From Eledone cirrhosa (taxonomy: Eukaryota): DNA of 64,000 nucleotides. The position numbers and the translations under genes were made by a program. How positions within the stretch are numbered: position 1 is the stretch's first letter; each line of letters begins with the position of its first letter. The notes beneath the pieces were generated by a model, which was not told the DNA's origin, made no database searches, and was given only the letters and a program-made list of their open reading frames with translations. Shown piece by piece: positions 44,401 to 59,812 of the stretch. The stretch is from the NCBI GenBank assembly GCA_964016885.1, contig OZ024747.1, forward strand, positions 73,656,001-73,720,000, read 5' to 3'.

Positions 44401-47400
44401 ATTTCTGTATGCATAATTAGATGTTCTGTCTAATGTATTTATATAACGGATCTTATATTAAACTAGACCCATTCACAAAATGTTGACGAGCGTCACGTTC
44501 CACACAGCTATTTATTGTTGACCAGTTGGTAAGCTTTGATATTGAATTTCAATTATAAAATCTTCCGTTTTTTCCCTCTCGGCTGCAGCATTTCAGTTGT
44601 TGACAACTCTGCTTTCTGTGATAATCAAGTCTATTTCTTTTTTTATTTTTTATATTTGATTAAGAGCTGACTTCATTTCTCTTTGAGGTCATGATTTCGC
44701 CGTGAAGTTAGCTTTTGATCTATATTCTTAAATGTTTTACTGTTTCTCTTATGTATCGCTGTTCTTGTATTTGCATGTGTGTGTATACATATGTATGTGT
44801 TTGTGAATCTGCATTTATTGTTTTTTCTTAGTTCCCGGTGTTTTCTATACGTCGTGTGAATGTTCCGACCACGTCGTGTATGTGTCACTAGGTCTGTATA
44901 TCTTTTATTCCAAACGTGATTGTGTTTCTGACTACCAATATCTGCAACTATGTATTACTAACTCTTCGTATATAAGTAAAGAAATGTGGAAGTCTGCTTA
45001 CTTCATCTAATCAATAGAATATTTATAGATGTGTTTCATTTTGGTATACATTCCCTTCTTTAATGTATGGTTCTGAAATCTTTAATATAGTGTTTTTGTA
45101 ATATCTGTGTATATATTGGAATTAAAACATATTTAATAACCAACATTAAGAGTAAAGCATAGACTTTTTTAATTAATACTGTATAGTCGCAAGATTATTG
45201 GGGAGTAAAATAATAAAAACTCGGATTAATAACTTCATTTAATTACACAAGCTTATAATTTGTATTAAAACAATGCCTTTATCAAGCTGCATGTTCATTC
45301 TTGTGGGATCCTGGAAATAAGTGACAACTGAAGTTTGACCATTTGTCCCAAATCACAATTTGTGACATTACAAGGGATGTATCGTTAGTGCGTCGAACAA
45401 AATGCGTCGAACAAAATCCTGCGCGCTATTTACTAACGACTTTCTAAAGTTTGAGTTCAATTCCCTCAGTTTTTAACATTGCCTTTCATCCATTGATACA
45501 ATCGAATTTCCCCTTCTTCTAAATCACTGGTCTTGTGTCAATGTCAGGAAGAATTATTTCTAGTATTACAATCATTCTAACAAGATTGTTCTATGAGAAA
45601 TATTAGTTCTTCCTAAATATTTATCTATATTTTGCTGAATCAGAAATAATCTACTGACACCAGGTTTAGAGTAAATATATACTATCCATGTTTTAAGGGT
45701 TCAAATGACAGCTGCTCTAACTTGGTTTTGATAAAACTGTTTTGAACTATATTTTAGAAAGTCGGAAAGGAGCTACTGTCTCTTTTGTCTGACTAAACAG
45801 TTAGGGGATGTCCATTTTAGAGATTCAGAAATCAGCCTCTCTGTCTTCAGACTGAACAACAAGGGATTTAATATTTCAGGGAACTAGTAATGAACCCTAT
45901 AGTTGTGGAGGCGAAAAAGAAAATATATATTAAAAGCATACCTTACAGCAGTTATATCATATCAATAGTGCCAGAAATACGACTACTGGAATAAAATGCT
46001 CTACGGGCTTTAAAGTAATAAAATTGCCTTTGAGAACAACTTAAAATATGTTGTGAAAATCCAATATTTGTACAACCCTAATGGGATATACTATTTTACA
46101 TTTCCTTTCTCTGGCTATAAATGGAATACTGGAATGATGGTAACATTTTCTATTATGGATATTGCTTCTATTTTATTAGCACCCAAACAGCAAATTATAA
46201 AGCAGCGTAAAAGCATATCTTTTATTCTATATAGTGCCGCCTATATATTCTGAGGAATCCTCGAGCCTTCTCCATGTTTGAAGATGCAACAAGCAATAAA
46301 TTTTTCTTTAGATAAACTAGTTTCTGGTTATGATAATTTATCGTTAGGTTTTTCAGTAATAGAAAAATCTGAGACATATCTCGGAACCTCTGCAACTGAT
46401 GGGAGAGGGATTAATGGGGAGACTGTCCATATGATAGCAACAGATTGAACTTTACCAAGATTGTTGCATTAAAACATATTAAGTCTACCACTCTAATGTC
46501 GAAAGAAATATCGCAATGTATCTCCTCCGACGTTCTCACAACTCTTGTAAACCATTGCTCTAATCAGATACTATTTTTAGACCACGGATGTATAAAAGGA
46601 GAAGCTGATATCGGTGAGGTTTGAATTTCTAGTGGAAAGAATCGAAACAAGTACCACAAGGTATTTTATCATTCAGTCTTGATATTGATGTTATATTTAT
46701 CGAATAAAAGCTAGCTTAATACATTTCTTTTGTTATATTATTTATAATTATAGGCTAAACAACTCGTATGTATATATATGTCTTTTAAATACACGTCTTT
46801 TTTTAATTCCAGCACAAATTACACTAACCTATTTTTATTTGCCCTAATGTGCACCACGAGTAAAATAAAAACAAAACAATACATTGCGGAAATACTGTTT
46901 TAAACTATAAATAATTTCTACTTTAATGTATTCATTGCTCTAATCTCAGTTCCTCTCTCCTGTTGTATCACTATCTTGTTTACTGACATTCCACATACAG
47001 CTCTATTTCATGTCTTCTTCAACTTTTCTTCCTTTCTTGTCTAGATTCTTGCTTAAAGCTTTTCTAATTTTCTTTCTGTTTGTCTGTCTGTCTTTATTTA
47101 TTTATATATTTATTTATCTCTTTATTTCGTTTTTTGTTTTCTTTATAAATTTCTTGCATGCAGTGAATTGGCAAGATCGTTAAATTGTCGGAAAGAATGC
47201 AATGTGATATTTGTTATAAATGTCTATATATTGTGTTCAAATCATGTTCAGTTTAAATTTGTCTTTCATCTTTAAGGTGACGCGAACTACAGTAGCAGTA
47301 AATTATCTGTAGGGAAATCCGGTATTGTTATTGTGATGTTACAAAACGGCCATACTTCCATATCCTGCGCATTTGATTTTACTCAAGCAGAGCTCATCTA

Positions 47401-47890
47401 TACATATACAAACATACCGATACAATCCCAACATAAATGTAAAGTTGACAATTATATTCTGCAAACCAAACGAACACAAAAACCGATCAGTACAAAAGTA
47501 AATGAAATAACCATCAGAAGATAGAATGAGGAATAAAAGATGACATAGAAAGGTAGAGAATGAGAAGAGGAAAGGACAGAAAAAAAATGAGAAAATGCCT
47601 ATTCAGTCAGCCATTTTGCAGTGTGTGTGAACGTCTACAATAGTGATTAAACCGACGTAACTCTGGCCTTAGAACAAAATACATTCTACATTTTATTCTC
47701 CACCCCGGTGTTACACAGAAACATCATTACTGCCATTCTAAACTCAGTACACCCACGGTTATCTTGGAAACAAATATATTACCACCGACGCTATTGTTCA
47801 CAAAACACGGGCTCTCTTTCACAGACACACAGATATACATATATACACACCAACATACATACACATACACACACACATATATATATATAT

Positions 47891-47943
<53 letters not shown>

Positions 47944-48636
47944 TAATATCTTAACCACTCTATTATTTTAATTCAACCTTATCCGACAGCACCCCGAAAA
48001 CCTGAAGGTTCACAGTGGCTTGCTTTTGAAGTGGATCTGTTGATAACTGGGGAACACACTCCAACTAGACTGGAACTGATTCCTCATGCACTATTAATGC
48101 TCCGCTGTAAAATATGAGCATCACATATATAAAAGTAGTAAGATGGGAGTAACACTTATCCGTTGCTTATTTTTTCTATTTCACTAACATTGCCTTTGTA
48201 AAAAGCAGAATAGTCAGGCAACCTCAAATCCTGTCGCTTATAAATTGGAAACATTCCTGTTCAGGTAACGATTCCATTTATGTGTCTATTGTAACATATT
48301 TTTAAGGTGCTGAGATCTCACTAAATTAACCCCCAAGCTTAACTGAATTTCCAACGAAGGAGAACTGCTCATTCTTCCATAACTAACGTATATCGAAGAA
48401 AAAAAATGAGACGGGAAACAAAATTAAAAAAAAGTAAAAAAATAACAAACAACATCTATATCAGAACTAAACGTCTACAACCTCATATAAGGTTTGGTGC
48501 CACCAAAAGAAAATACTTCCTTCCGGTAGGTTTTCTTTCAATCGTTCATTCTCTGTGTGCTCGTTTCACTCGTTCCTGTTGATATGTAGTAACTTTAAAA
48601 TAGATTGTTGATATGACGTCAGTGAAGGGTCCTATG

Positions 48637-49722
48637 CCATCATCACCATCACCACCACCACTGACACCATCACCACCACCACCACCACTGACACCATCAC
48701 CATCACCACCACTGACACCATTACCACCACCACCACAGACATCACCACCACCACCACCACTGACACCATCACCACCACCACCACAGACACCATCACCATC
48801 ACCACCACAGACACCATCACCACCACCACCACTGACACCATCACCACCACCACTGACACCATCACCATCACCACCACAGACACCATTACCACCACCGCTG
48901 ACACCATCACCACCACCACCACTGACACCATCACCACCATCACCACTGACACCATCACCACCACCACCACTGACACCATCACCACCATCACCACTGACAC
49001 CATCACCACCACCACCACTGACACCATCACTACCACCACCACTGACACCATCACCACCACCACCACTGACACCATCACCACCATCACCACTGACACCATC
49101 ACCACCACCACCACTGACACCATCACCACCATCACCACTGACACCACCACCACCACTGACACCATCACTACCACCACCGCTGACACCATCACTACCACCA
49201 CCACTGACACCATCACCACCACCACTGACACCATCACCACCACTGACACCATCACCACCATCACCACTGACACAATCACCATCACCACCACTGACACCAT
49301 CACCACCACCACCACTGACACCATCACTACCACCACCACTGACACCACCACCACCACTGACACCATCACTACCACCACCACTGACACCACCACCACCACC
49401 ACCACTGACACCATCACCACCACCACCACTGAAACCATCACTACCACCACCACTGACACCATCACCACCACCACCACTGACACCATCACCACCACCACCA
49501 CTGACACCATCACCTCCACCACCACCACAACCGACACCATCACCACCATCACCACAACCACCATTACCACCTCCACCAGCACCACCACCACAACCACCAT
49601 TACCACCTCCACCAGCACCACCAGCACCACCACCACCACCGCAACCACCATTCCCACCTCCACCAGCACCACTACCACAAATGCTACCACAAACACCACC
49701 ACCACCACCACCATCACCACCA
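48637..49722. repeat. ACC-based minisatellite (~24-bp unit CTGACACCATCACCACCACCACCA)
   Basis: Direct reading; it creates the Pro-rich ORF 48613-49815. Confidence 0.9.
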
Positions 49723-50350
49723 CGTCTTCATCACCCCCTCCACCACGTATTCATCATCTCCCCCCGCCCCCAGTATATTCTCAATGTTTTATTTACCTTC
49801 TTGAAGCTGTTTTAGTTTCTTCCACAACTTGCCTTTATATTCCACCCCGTACACCCCACCCTCCACCTCCTCCCCCACCTCCTCCTCATCATCATCATCA
49901 ATATACTCTCCTCTTTATAATGTTCTTTTCTTTCGTGTTTCTTTATGGACTTCTATTTCTGAAACTTGTGACTGTTGTTGTTGTTGTTGATGTTGTAGTT
50001 AATCCTGTTGGTCGGACAGCGCAACTGACTGCATGAGAAATAAATGTTCATGTGACTAAGCATTCTTTAGACGCGGGAACCCTCAAGACAGTTGTCACGT
50101 TTACGCAGCGTCACACCCTATGTCACCACAGAGTCCTTGAATCACAAGGGCAAATGAATCTTGCCAGGTGAGTGAACTGTAGCAACGATAAATCAAAAGA
50201 ACTGCTCAAGGACAATGTGCTGCGGAATTTCGATCTCTCGAACTTACAACGCTAAATGAAACACAATAATCACATTTCTGCATGACTACATTGATACATA
50301 CATACGCACGCATACACGCACACACATGCATATATATATATATATATATA

Positions 50351-50776
50351 CTAGCAGAATGGCCTGACGTTGCACGAGATTTGCTCTAGGGTTCTTATAT
50401 ATTTGATATATATGTATCCTTATCGAGCTTCCTGAAATAAATACGTTTGTTTATATTTTGTTATTGTGTACGCAAAAGTATCTGTACACAAATATATAAT
50501 TATATATATATATAACAGTACAGAGAAGTACGTAATACCTCGGCCTCGGGATGGTGTCTACATTTTGTGCTTATTAAAAAAATTCGTAGTAGATTATCAA
50601 GGTTTTTTTCCGTGCGAAGAAAACCAATACTTTATCGCGAAATACATACTTTTGTTTATATTTTGTTATTGTGTACACACAAATAATATATATTTATCCT
50701 TATCGAGCCTCGTGAAATAAATACGTTTGTTTATATTTTGTTATTGTGTTCGCAAAAATATCTGTACACGAATATA

Positions 50777-50832
<56 letters not shown>

Positions 50833-51291
50833 TAACACATTAAAGTTTAAGCAAAGAATCGCTGCTTTCATCCTTAACGTGATCTTCTGAAACTAAAAAA
50901 ATCAATCTGTGAACGCAGAAGTAAATATTTCGAAAAACGTTACACCCACTATATATATATATATACACACACACTATATATACATATATATACACACACA
51001 CAACTATCTCATAATTTCGTAATGCAGACATCCAAACATACAGACAGATATTATAAGGGCGCGACGTTATATCTATGATCTATCTAAAAAGAGAAAGACT
51101 AAGAGTTATAGAGAGAGATCGCTAAATCGCCTAATGCGGTCCCTAGAGCATTGAAAATTTGAAATATTATATGCTCAAAACACTCACAGGACCATAAGTA
51201 TTACATGTGTAAAGTTTGAAAACAGTCGGTTGGGTGGTTCTCGTGATTTAGTGATCGGACAGACAGACATTCTCTGTTTTAGATATATATA
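50351..51291 (-). mobile_element. Non-autonomous Helitron (same family as 11594-12246) with internal duplications
   Basis: CTAGCAGAATGGCCTGACGTTGCACGAG terminus; extensive reverse-complement match to 11594-12246. Confidence 0.75.
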
Positions 51292-51346
51292 CAATATAGA
51301 AAGACTTCTACAGGACTAGAACTGTTTCATTCGGGAGAAATCATCA

Positions 51347-51397
51347 GGCTTCCTGATGATTTCGCTCGAATGAAACAGTTCTAGTCCTGTAGAAGCC
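51347..51397 (+). ncRNA. Type I hammerhead ribozyme
   Basis: GGCUUC-CUGAUGA-UUUC(GCUC)GAAU-GAAA-CAG(UUCUAGUC)CUG-UA-GAAGCC; an inverted copy lies at 51305-51348. Confidence 0.8.
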
Positions 51398-51522
51398 ATT
51401 TGTATATTAAATATTTATACTCTGCTTTGTATTGAGTACCTTACTTACTGTGGTTGCCCCCGATTGAACCCGGGATAAACTTATATATATATATATATAA
51501 ATACACACACACATACACACAC

Positions 51523-51658
<136 letters not shown>

Positions 51659-52290
51659 TGTCTAAATTATTTCATTACATTTACAGTGACTACAAGGCAG
51701 GGACAGTATATTCTGGATATATTCTAGATATAACATTCAACAAAGATGATACATTATAATTTCCGCACAGCAAACATTGACAAAAAACTCCAACCAATAA
51801 CAATTTAACCCTCAGTATTCAGCAACTGATTACATACTCGATTTCCTGGCCAGGAGGATATATTCCACTTTTGACATTCTCCATAGAAAACAACTATAAA
51901 ATACAGTAAAAGTATTTGGTGCCCTGGAGGTAGTATATTGTTAGTAAGATATGTGCTCTGCATTTTCACACCGAGTTATATAAACATTCTTTGTAATTCA
52001 TTTTTATTTGGAAGATTTGTTTTCTATGTTTCTGCATTGGTTAACGTTTTACAACACATTTCAGTAATAATCAAATTAGAAGCAGAAATAGGCTTTACCA
52101 TAGGACATGTAGAAATATATCCCAACACATATCCAAGGTATAGCACACAGCAATCTCTCATACACATGCTTGCATACAAATAAATATATTAAGTATACAT
52201 ACGTATAGCGATGAATTGTCAGATATTCGTTACATATATGTAATATATATATATATATATGTGTGTGTGGGTGTGTGTGTTTGAATGTAT

Positions 52291-52349
<59 letters not shown>

Positions 52350-52350
52350 A

Positions 52351-52459
<109 letters not shown>

Positions 52460-52493
52460 TACATATACATATGTAATATACATATATATATAC

Positions 52494-52792
<299 letters not shown>

Positions 52793-52811
52793 TATATACA
52801 TATATATATAC

Positions 52812-52936
<125 letters not shown>

Positions 52937-52947
52937 TATACATATAC

Positions 52948-52980
<33 letters not shown>

Positions 52981-53196
52981 GTATTAATTATACTATTTAT
53001 GGTTATGTAAATACAAAAACCTTATGCCGTTATATGTATTTTTTATACAAACCCTAAATAGTGGTAGGCAGTAATGTATTACTACCTTATTACCAGTAAG
53101 TTAAGTAGCTCAATGTAAAAACATTAGATGATTTACAGAGCAGTTATATGAAATATAAGAATCAAAGAACATATAACTGTCCATTCATTAATAAAT

Positions 53197-53243
53197 TGCT
53201 CCGAAGAATCCAAACCTCGGTTTGGAGGAAACAGCTGTAAGCA
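53197..53243 (+). ncRNA. Hammerhead motif with one core substitution
   Basis: UGCU-CCGAAGA-A-UCCAAAC(CUCG)GUUUGGA-G-GAAA-CAGCUG-UA-AGCA; U4 is changed to C. Confidence 0.7.
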
Positions 53244-53274
53244 CAATAATGTTTTGAACAGTTCTTTGATTCTT

Positions 53275-53361
<87 letters not shown>

Positions 53362-53594
53362 AATTGCAAACTTGACTGTCACCACATATTATGAACCTGA
53401 AGATTGCGAAATCATGAAAGTACTTGTTCAATTAACACTTAGAATTTAATATTCTATCATACTATTTCATTATAATACCATTATAAATTTTAAAGGATTG
53501 TAAATAAAACGAGTAAATCAGACAAAGTTGGAATTCCTCTTATTAATATAATCTTCTATACACAATCATACACACCCGTGTATATTTACCTATC

Positions 53595-54291
<697 letters not shown>

Positions 54292-54307
54292 GTATATATA
54301 TATATAT

Positions 54308-54377
<70 letters not shown>

Positions 54378-54471
54378 AAGATTTACATATACATAAAGTC
54401 ACAGATATATATGTGGCAACCGGTCACGTTGTGGCTCAATGAAGAATTAATAAATTAAATAATCAGGGCAA

Positions 54472-55432
54472 TATATCATAAATCATGTCCTTAGAATTAT
54501 TAGATAAAATATATACCATTTCCTCTCCCAATTAGCATAATTAACCATATAAAAATCAATTAGACGAGGCTATAGGAATAAAGGCTCCTATGAAGAAATA
54601 TTTGATAAATAACCGAACCGGCCTCTTCGCGGTGACCCCAATAGAGTATTTACCCAACATTTCAACAGCATGTAGAAACTGACTAAATATACCGTCAACC
54701 ATACACAATTAGGTGTAAATTTAAACTTAGAAGAATCGTGTACATACCGTAATTACATTTCTACCATGGTTTCGTCCGTATTTTTAGATATCCTACTATT
54801 AAGGATGAACCTAGAGTAACAGACTCATCAGGAGACAAACTCAGTCGGACAGTTAATTTTCCAAAGCGATCGCGCCAAAAATAGATTCAAAAATGGTTAA
54901 GAATCGTGACTTGGCAGTGGTCAAGTTAGAAAGAATGTGATTAGTTGCTTACGGCGAGTAGGCTGGTTGCTAGAAAGCGCAGCCCAATATCGCCCAATCG
55001 CATCTTAACACAACGGGAGATTAAATATAAAGATTTACATATAAATGGCGCGATCGCTTTGAAAATTTAACTGTTCGACTGAGTTTGTCTTCTGATGAGT
55101 CTGTTACTCTAGGTTCACCCTTAATAGTAGGATATCTAAAAATACGGACGAAACCATGGTAGAGATGTAATTACGGTATGTACACGTTTCTTCTAAGTTT
55201 AGATTTACACCTAATTGTGTATGGTTGACGGTATATTTGGTCAGTTTCTACATGCTGTTGAAATGTTGGATAAATACTCTATTGGCGTCACCGCGAAGAG
55301 GCCGCTTTCGGTTATTTATCAAATATTTCTTCATAGGAGCCTTTATTCTTATAGCCTGGTCTAATTGATTTTTTATATGGTTAATTATGCTAATTGGGAG
55401 AGGAAATGGTTTATGAGAGGACATGATTTATG

Positions 55433-55437
<5 letters not shown>
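54472..55437. repeat. Long inverted repeat (~400-bp arms, ~170-bp spacer) with HHR in each arm
   Basis: 54472-54877 versus 55046-55437; a few substitutions and one indel between the arms. Confidence 0.9.
55086..55167 (+). ncRNA. Hammerhead ribozyme with long stem II insert (mirror copy 54756-54837, minus strand)
   Basis: UGUCUU-CUGAUGA-GUCUGU(39 nt)ACGGAC-GAAA-CCAUGG-UA-GAGAUG. Confidence 0.8.
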
Positions 55438-55473
<36 letters not shown>

Positions 55474-55517
55474 ATGCATATCTTACAATTATCTATATGC
55501 CAAAAATCAATATATAC

Positions 55518-55562
<45 letters not shown>

Positions 55563-55574
55563 TATACATACATA

Positions 55575-55610
<36 letters not shown>

Positions 55611-55618
55611 CATATATA

Positions 55619-55696
<78 letters not shown>

Positions 55697-56215
55697 AAGA
55701 ATATTTTCGAAACAGCGAGCGGGTTTGAAATTAGAAATATAAGCTATCGCCGTATTTTGACTAAGGAAATTATCCAGCCTGATAGTGGGGTTAAGAACCA
55801 TCGGGAAAATGGAAAAAGATGAGTATTGTCGTACATATACGTCAATACTCATCTTTTTTCTTTAGTCATAATACGGCGGTAGCTTATATTTCTAATTAAA
55901 TATATATATATATATATACATGGAAAGTTATATTTAAAATTCAATGCATTTCTTCTTTTTCTTCCTTTTCTTCGTTTTCTGTCTTTCTTTCTTTTTTCTC
56001 TCTTTCTTTCTCTCTGTGTACAATTTTTTCACTGCCAAATCAACCTCTTCAAATGCAAGTCGATGTTGTTACGGTATGTCGAATCTATTTATCTATAAAA
56101 CTGTTTATATTGTATTTTGTCTGAGGAAGGCATAGCATATTGTTAATATGATATCCCTGAAATATATATAATGAAATAAATATGGTTTTATAAATATAGT
56201 TTCCATTTATTTAAT

Positions 56216-56277
<62 letters not shown>

Positions 56278-59149
56278 GCATTAGGTTATCAGAAAAAGGA
56301 AGGCAGATGTAAAAGTCAAACTCATTAGATTCAGTTCGGTATCCGAGCCAACCCTTACCTATGGCCATGAATCCTTAGGAAAGAATCCAATCCCAAATAC
56401 AAGAGGCCGAAATGCGTCTTTGAAGTGACGTTACTCGTTAGGATGCGTAGCTCGGAGGTCAGAGAGTCGCTCCAGGTGGAGCCGTTACCTTCCCCAATCG
56501 AGAGATTACATCTTCGATATTACCGGGCGTGTAATTTGAATGCATTCAGAACGAGGACCTATTTAGCGGGCATAACCAACCAGCTGGAGAACCAGGTATA
56601 AACCCTGAGTATGATGGTTGCGGATTCAGCCGTATCACCTTCACTGGTGCACGACATCAACATTTTTATACAGATCGCTGGACCGAACCAGTTACTAACA
56701 TTATAGTATCGAATACCAAACTAGTCATCACGTATTATTGCCATCGGAGAAGTGGTTTTGCTTTCAACAAAGCATGAGATACACCATACCATAAAATGGC
56801 TTAATATATAATTTGGGACATATTACGTTGATCAGATTTATTAATGTCTATGGTAGATGTGTTACTTTACGTTAACTGTAGTTTGTATTATAAACAGAGA
56901 ATTGGTATCTTAGGAGTCTCGTTATTAAGATACCTGATAACATATATTTCCTTCCTCTTAATACAGTAACAAGCTTTCTGCTGCTATTTTTCATTTTATT
57001 TTTCATGTTGCTGTTTTGTAGTTATTTTTATCTATGAAAACTGTTTTATTTAAAGATAAATTCAGTTTAGATTTGTTTTTATTGTTTAATAGATTTGGTG
57101 TTAAAGATATTGAACACTAAATGTTGTTGTCTTTTACTGTCATGAACTTTGTTATCCCAGTAGGAACAAGGTAAGAATTTTAGCATAAGATAGCCAAACA
57201 CACGCTCAAGCTTACCAAAACAAAATTATAGCAAACACTGCCTTTGAAGATACACTACCACATTCTAAACGTATCCAATTTCTAGATCATTTAGTTCAAA
57301 AATTACCTTCCGACCTGGAAATTACTTGCGGGTTTTATCTAGAAAAAATATTTACATTATCTGAGAAATATCGGGCTCTTTGTGGGAGGAATGCCACTTT
57401 AAGTTACACGCCTTTCCTCTGTCGGTGTTTGGAGTTTGTCAAACTGATTACAGCATCTGATAACTTCAGACATATACCGTAATGCTCGCTTATTTATATA
57501 CCTCATCTACAGGCGAAAACAGATTGATCCCAGCCTGAGATTTTGGCATGATCTCTCTAACAAACCCGAGAGATTCCCGTTTAATGTTAACCGAGAGGTA
57601 TAAATTTTCTTTATACTTATGTGACACATACAAACATAAATACAGACATACATTACGGGCATCCAACTTATTACGGTTCTGGATTTTCTACAGCCACATT
57701 TCAGATATTTTCATTTATAACCGGGGAAAATCATATGAGAGATAAGAGAGAGATATAGAGACTCGTTTTCTAGTTCACATATCAGGTTGATGTGTAAGGG
57801 AATTATATGGGTTGGCAGTAAACGAAAAAAAATCACTTTGCATAACCTGTTTATATACATACACACATAGAACGGAATTGTGCTTGACATCCTTTAACAC
57901 AAACAAACTACATATGATGTTCAGAAAATAATGTTAATAGCATTTATTATATGTTGCTAGTCATTTAATATACGTTTATTAAATTTAATTGCTCTATCTT
58001 GTTACAAAATATATATTGGAAACTACTGTTTATTATAAATGGATAAGCTTTAGAGATTATTGAACTATTTAAATGAAATATATATAATTTAGAACCAATT
58101 TATATGTAATATAATTTGAATAATACTTCCGAATTCAATAAATGTAAGCGATAATTTGGTTATTGAATTCAGAATGCACACTCTAAGTTGTTTTACGCAG
58201 GTAAATCAGTGTCATACGCCTACATTTTCAGAAATTGTTTGAAACAAAGCGTCGAAAATGAATATTTTCGATATTGTCTAAGATTGCCGAACGATCAATG
58301 TAACTGACAGTTTTATCGACCCTAGAAGTATAAAAAGCAACGGGAATCTCGGTGGAATTTGAACTCAGACAGTTGTGTCTAAATACTACAAGCATTTTGT
58401 CCAACGCTCTAACAATTCTACCATCGCAATTATTGCCGATTATTGAAAGATGATAACCATGTTATTTACCACTAAAAATACTCAGATCGAATGCTTTGTT
58501 GAATTCATTCCGGCTCAATTCTCTCTGAGTTAAAATCCTACCGATGTCAACTTTACTTTTCCTCCGTTTGAGGTTGATAAAAAAAAGTACCAGTCAAGTA
58601 CTGTAATCGATTCTTTCTCTATATCGCATTCTCCCCCCCCCCCTCTCTCTCTCTCTCACTATGAATATGCTTCTCTGGAAGAAATCTTCTGTGTTCAGGC
58701 TTGGATAGGGATGGATTCTGCAAGATTTTAAATGCCCAAGAATCGCTGTATACTGTACCCCTACGATCCTAACAGGAGCTACAGGACTCTCATATCACAT
58801 CACACCGCACACAAAAAGAAATACTGAAATGTTATATTTAACAGGAGCTCAGTAAAATCAATTCTTTTCGAAACGAGAGATTTATTATAAAATAATTAGT
58901 GAAAAATAAAGGGAAATTGATACAAGTAGCTTTGGAAGAAATGAAGTGAAAAACTGGTTTCCATCTTTCAGAAAAATAGAATAACACGGAGATTGAAATA
59001 ATGGACATCTGCCAGGAAGATACAGAACCCATCACAAGAAATATCAGAACACACACCCACATACACTCATATACATACTCACACACACACACACTGACAT
59101 ACATACTCACACACACACAAACTCACATGAAAATAGAAATTGAAATTGT

Positions 59150-59590
59150 GGTGCTAAGATGTTAGATATATATAGCTGTGATATATATAGCTGTGATATA
59201 TAGAGCTGTTAGATATATAGCTGCGAGATATATAACTGTTAGATATATAGCTGTGAGATATATAGCTGTGAGATATATAGCTCTGCTATGATATTAGATA
59301 TATATCTGTGCTAAGATGGTAGATATATAGATATTAGATATATAGCTGTAAGATATATCGCTGTACTAAGATGTTAGATATATAGCTGTAAAATATATAG
59401 CTGTTAGATATATAGCTGTGAGATATATAGTTGCTAGATATATAGCTGTGAGATATATAGTTGTTAGATATATATGGCTGTGAGATATATAGTTATTAGA
59501 TATATAGTTGTACTAAGATGTTAGATATATAGATATTAGATATATAGCTGTGAGATATATAGCTGTACTAAGATGTTAAATAGCTGTTAA
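59150..59590. repeat. Minisatellite of ~15-bp AGATATATAGCTGTK units
   Basis: Direct reading. Confidence 0.9.
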
Positions 59591-59812
59591 GTAGTGAATA
59601 GCAACAAAGCTGTGAAAAGCGGAAGTTTATAATGATAAAACAATACACAGTGAAATAAAGTAAAAGATGTATGAAGGAAAAGACCGAAATATCGCTGCAC
59701 TTAAATACGTAATAATGATACTGTATATAAATTGTTATAGAATATTATTGAGGAAATTGAGTGACAATTCATACATGACTGTTCAGAATACACATCTAAA
59801 CATACATGTTCA

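Noticed and set aside
48613-49815. 400-aa proline-rich extensin-like ORF
   Set aside because: It is open on both strands because of an ACC minisatellite, with no domain or splice evidence. Coding status cannot be fully excluded without RNA data.
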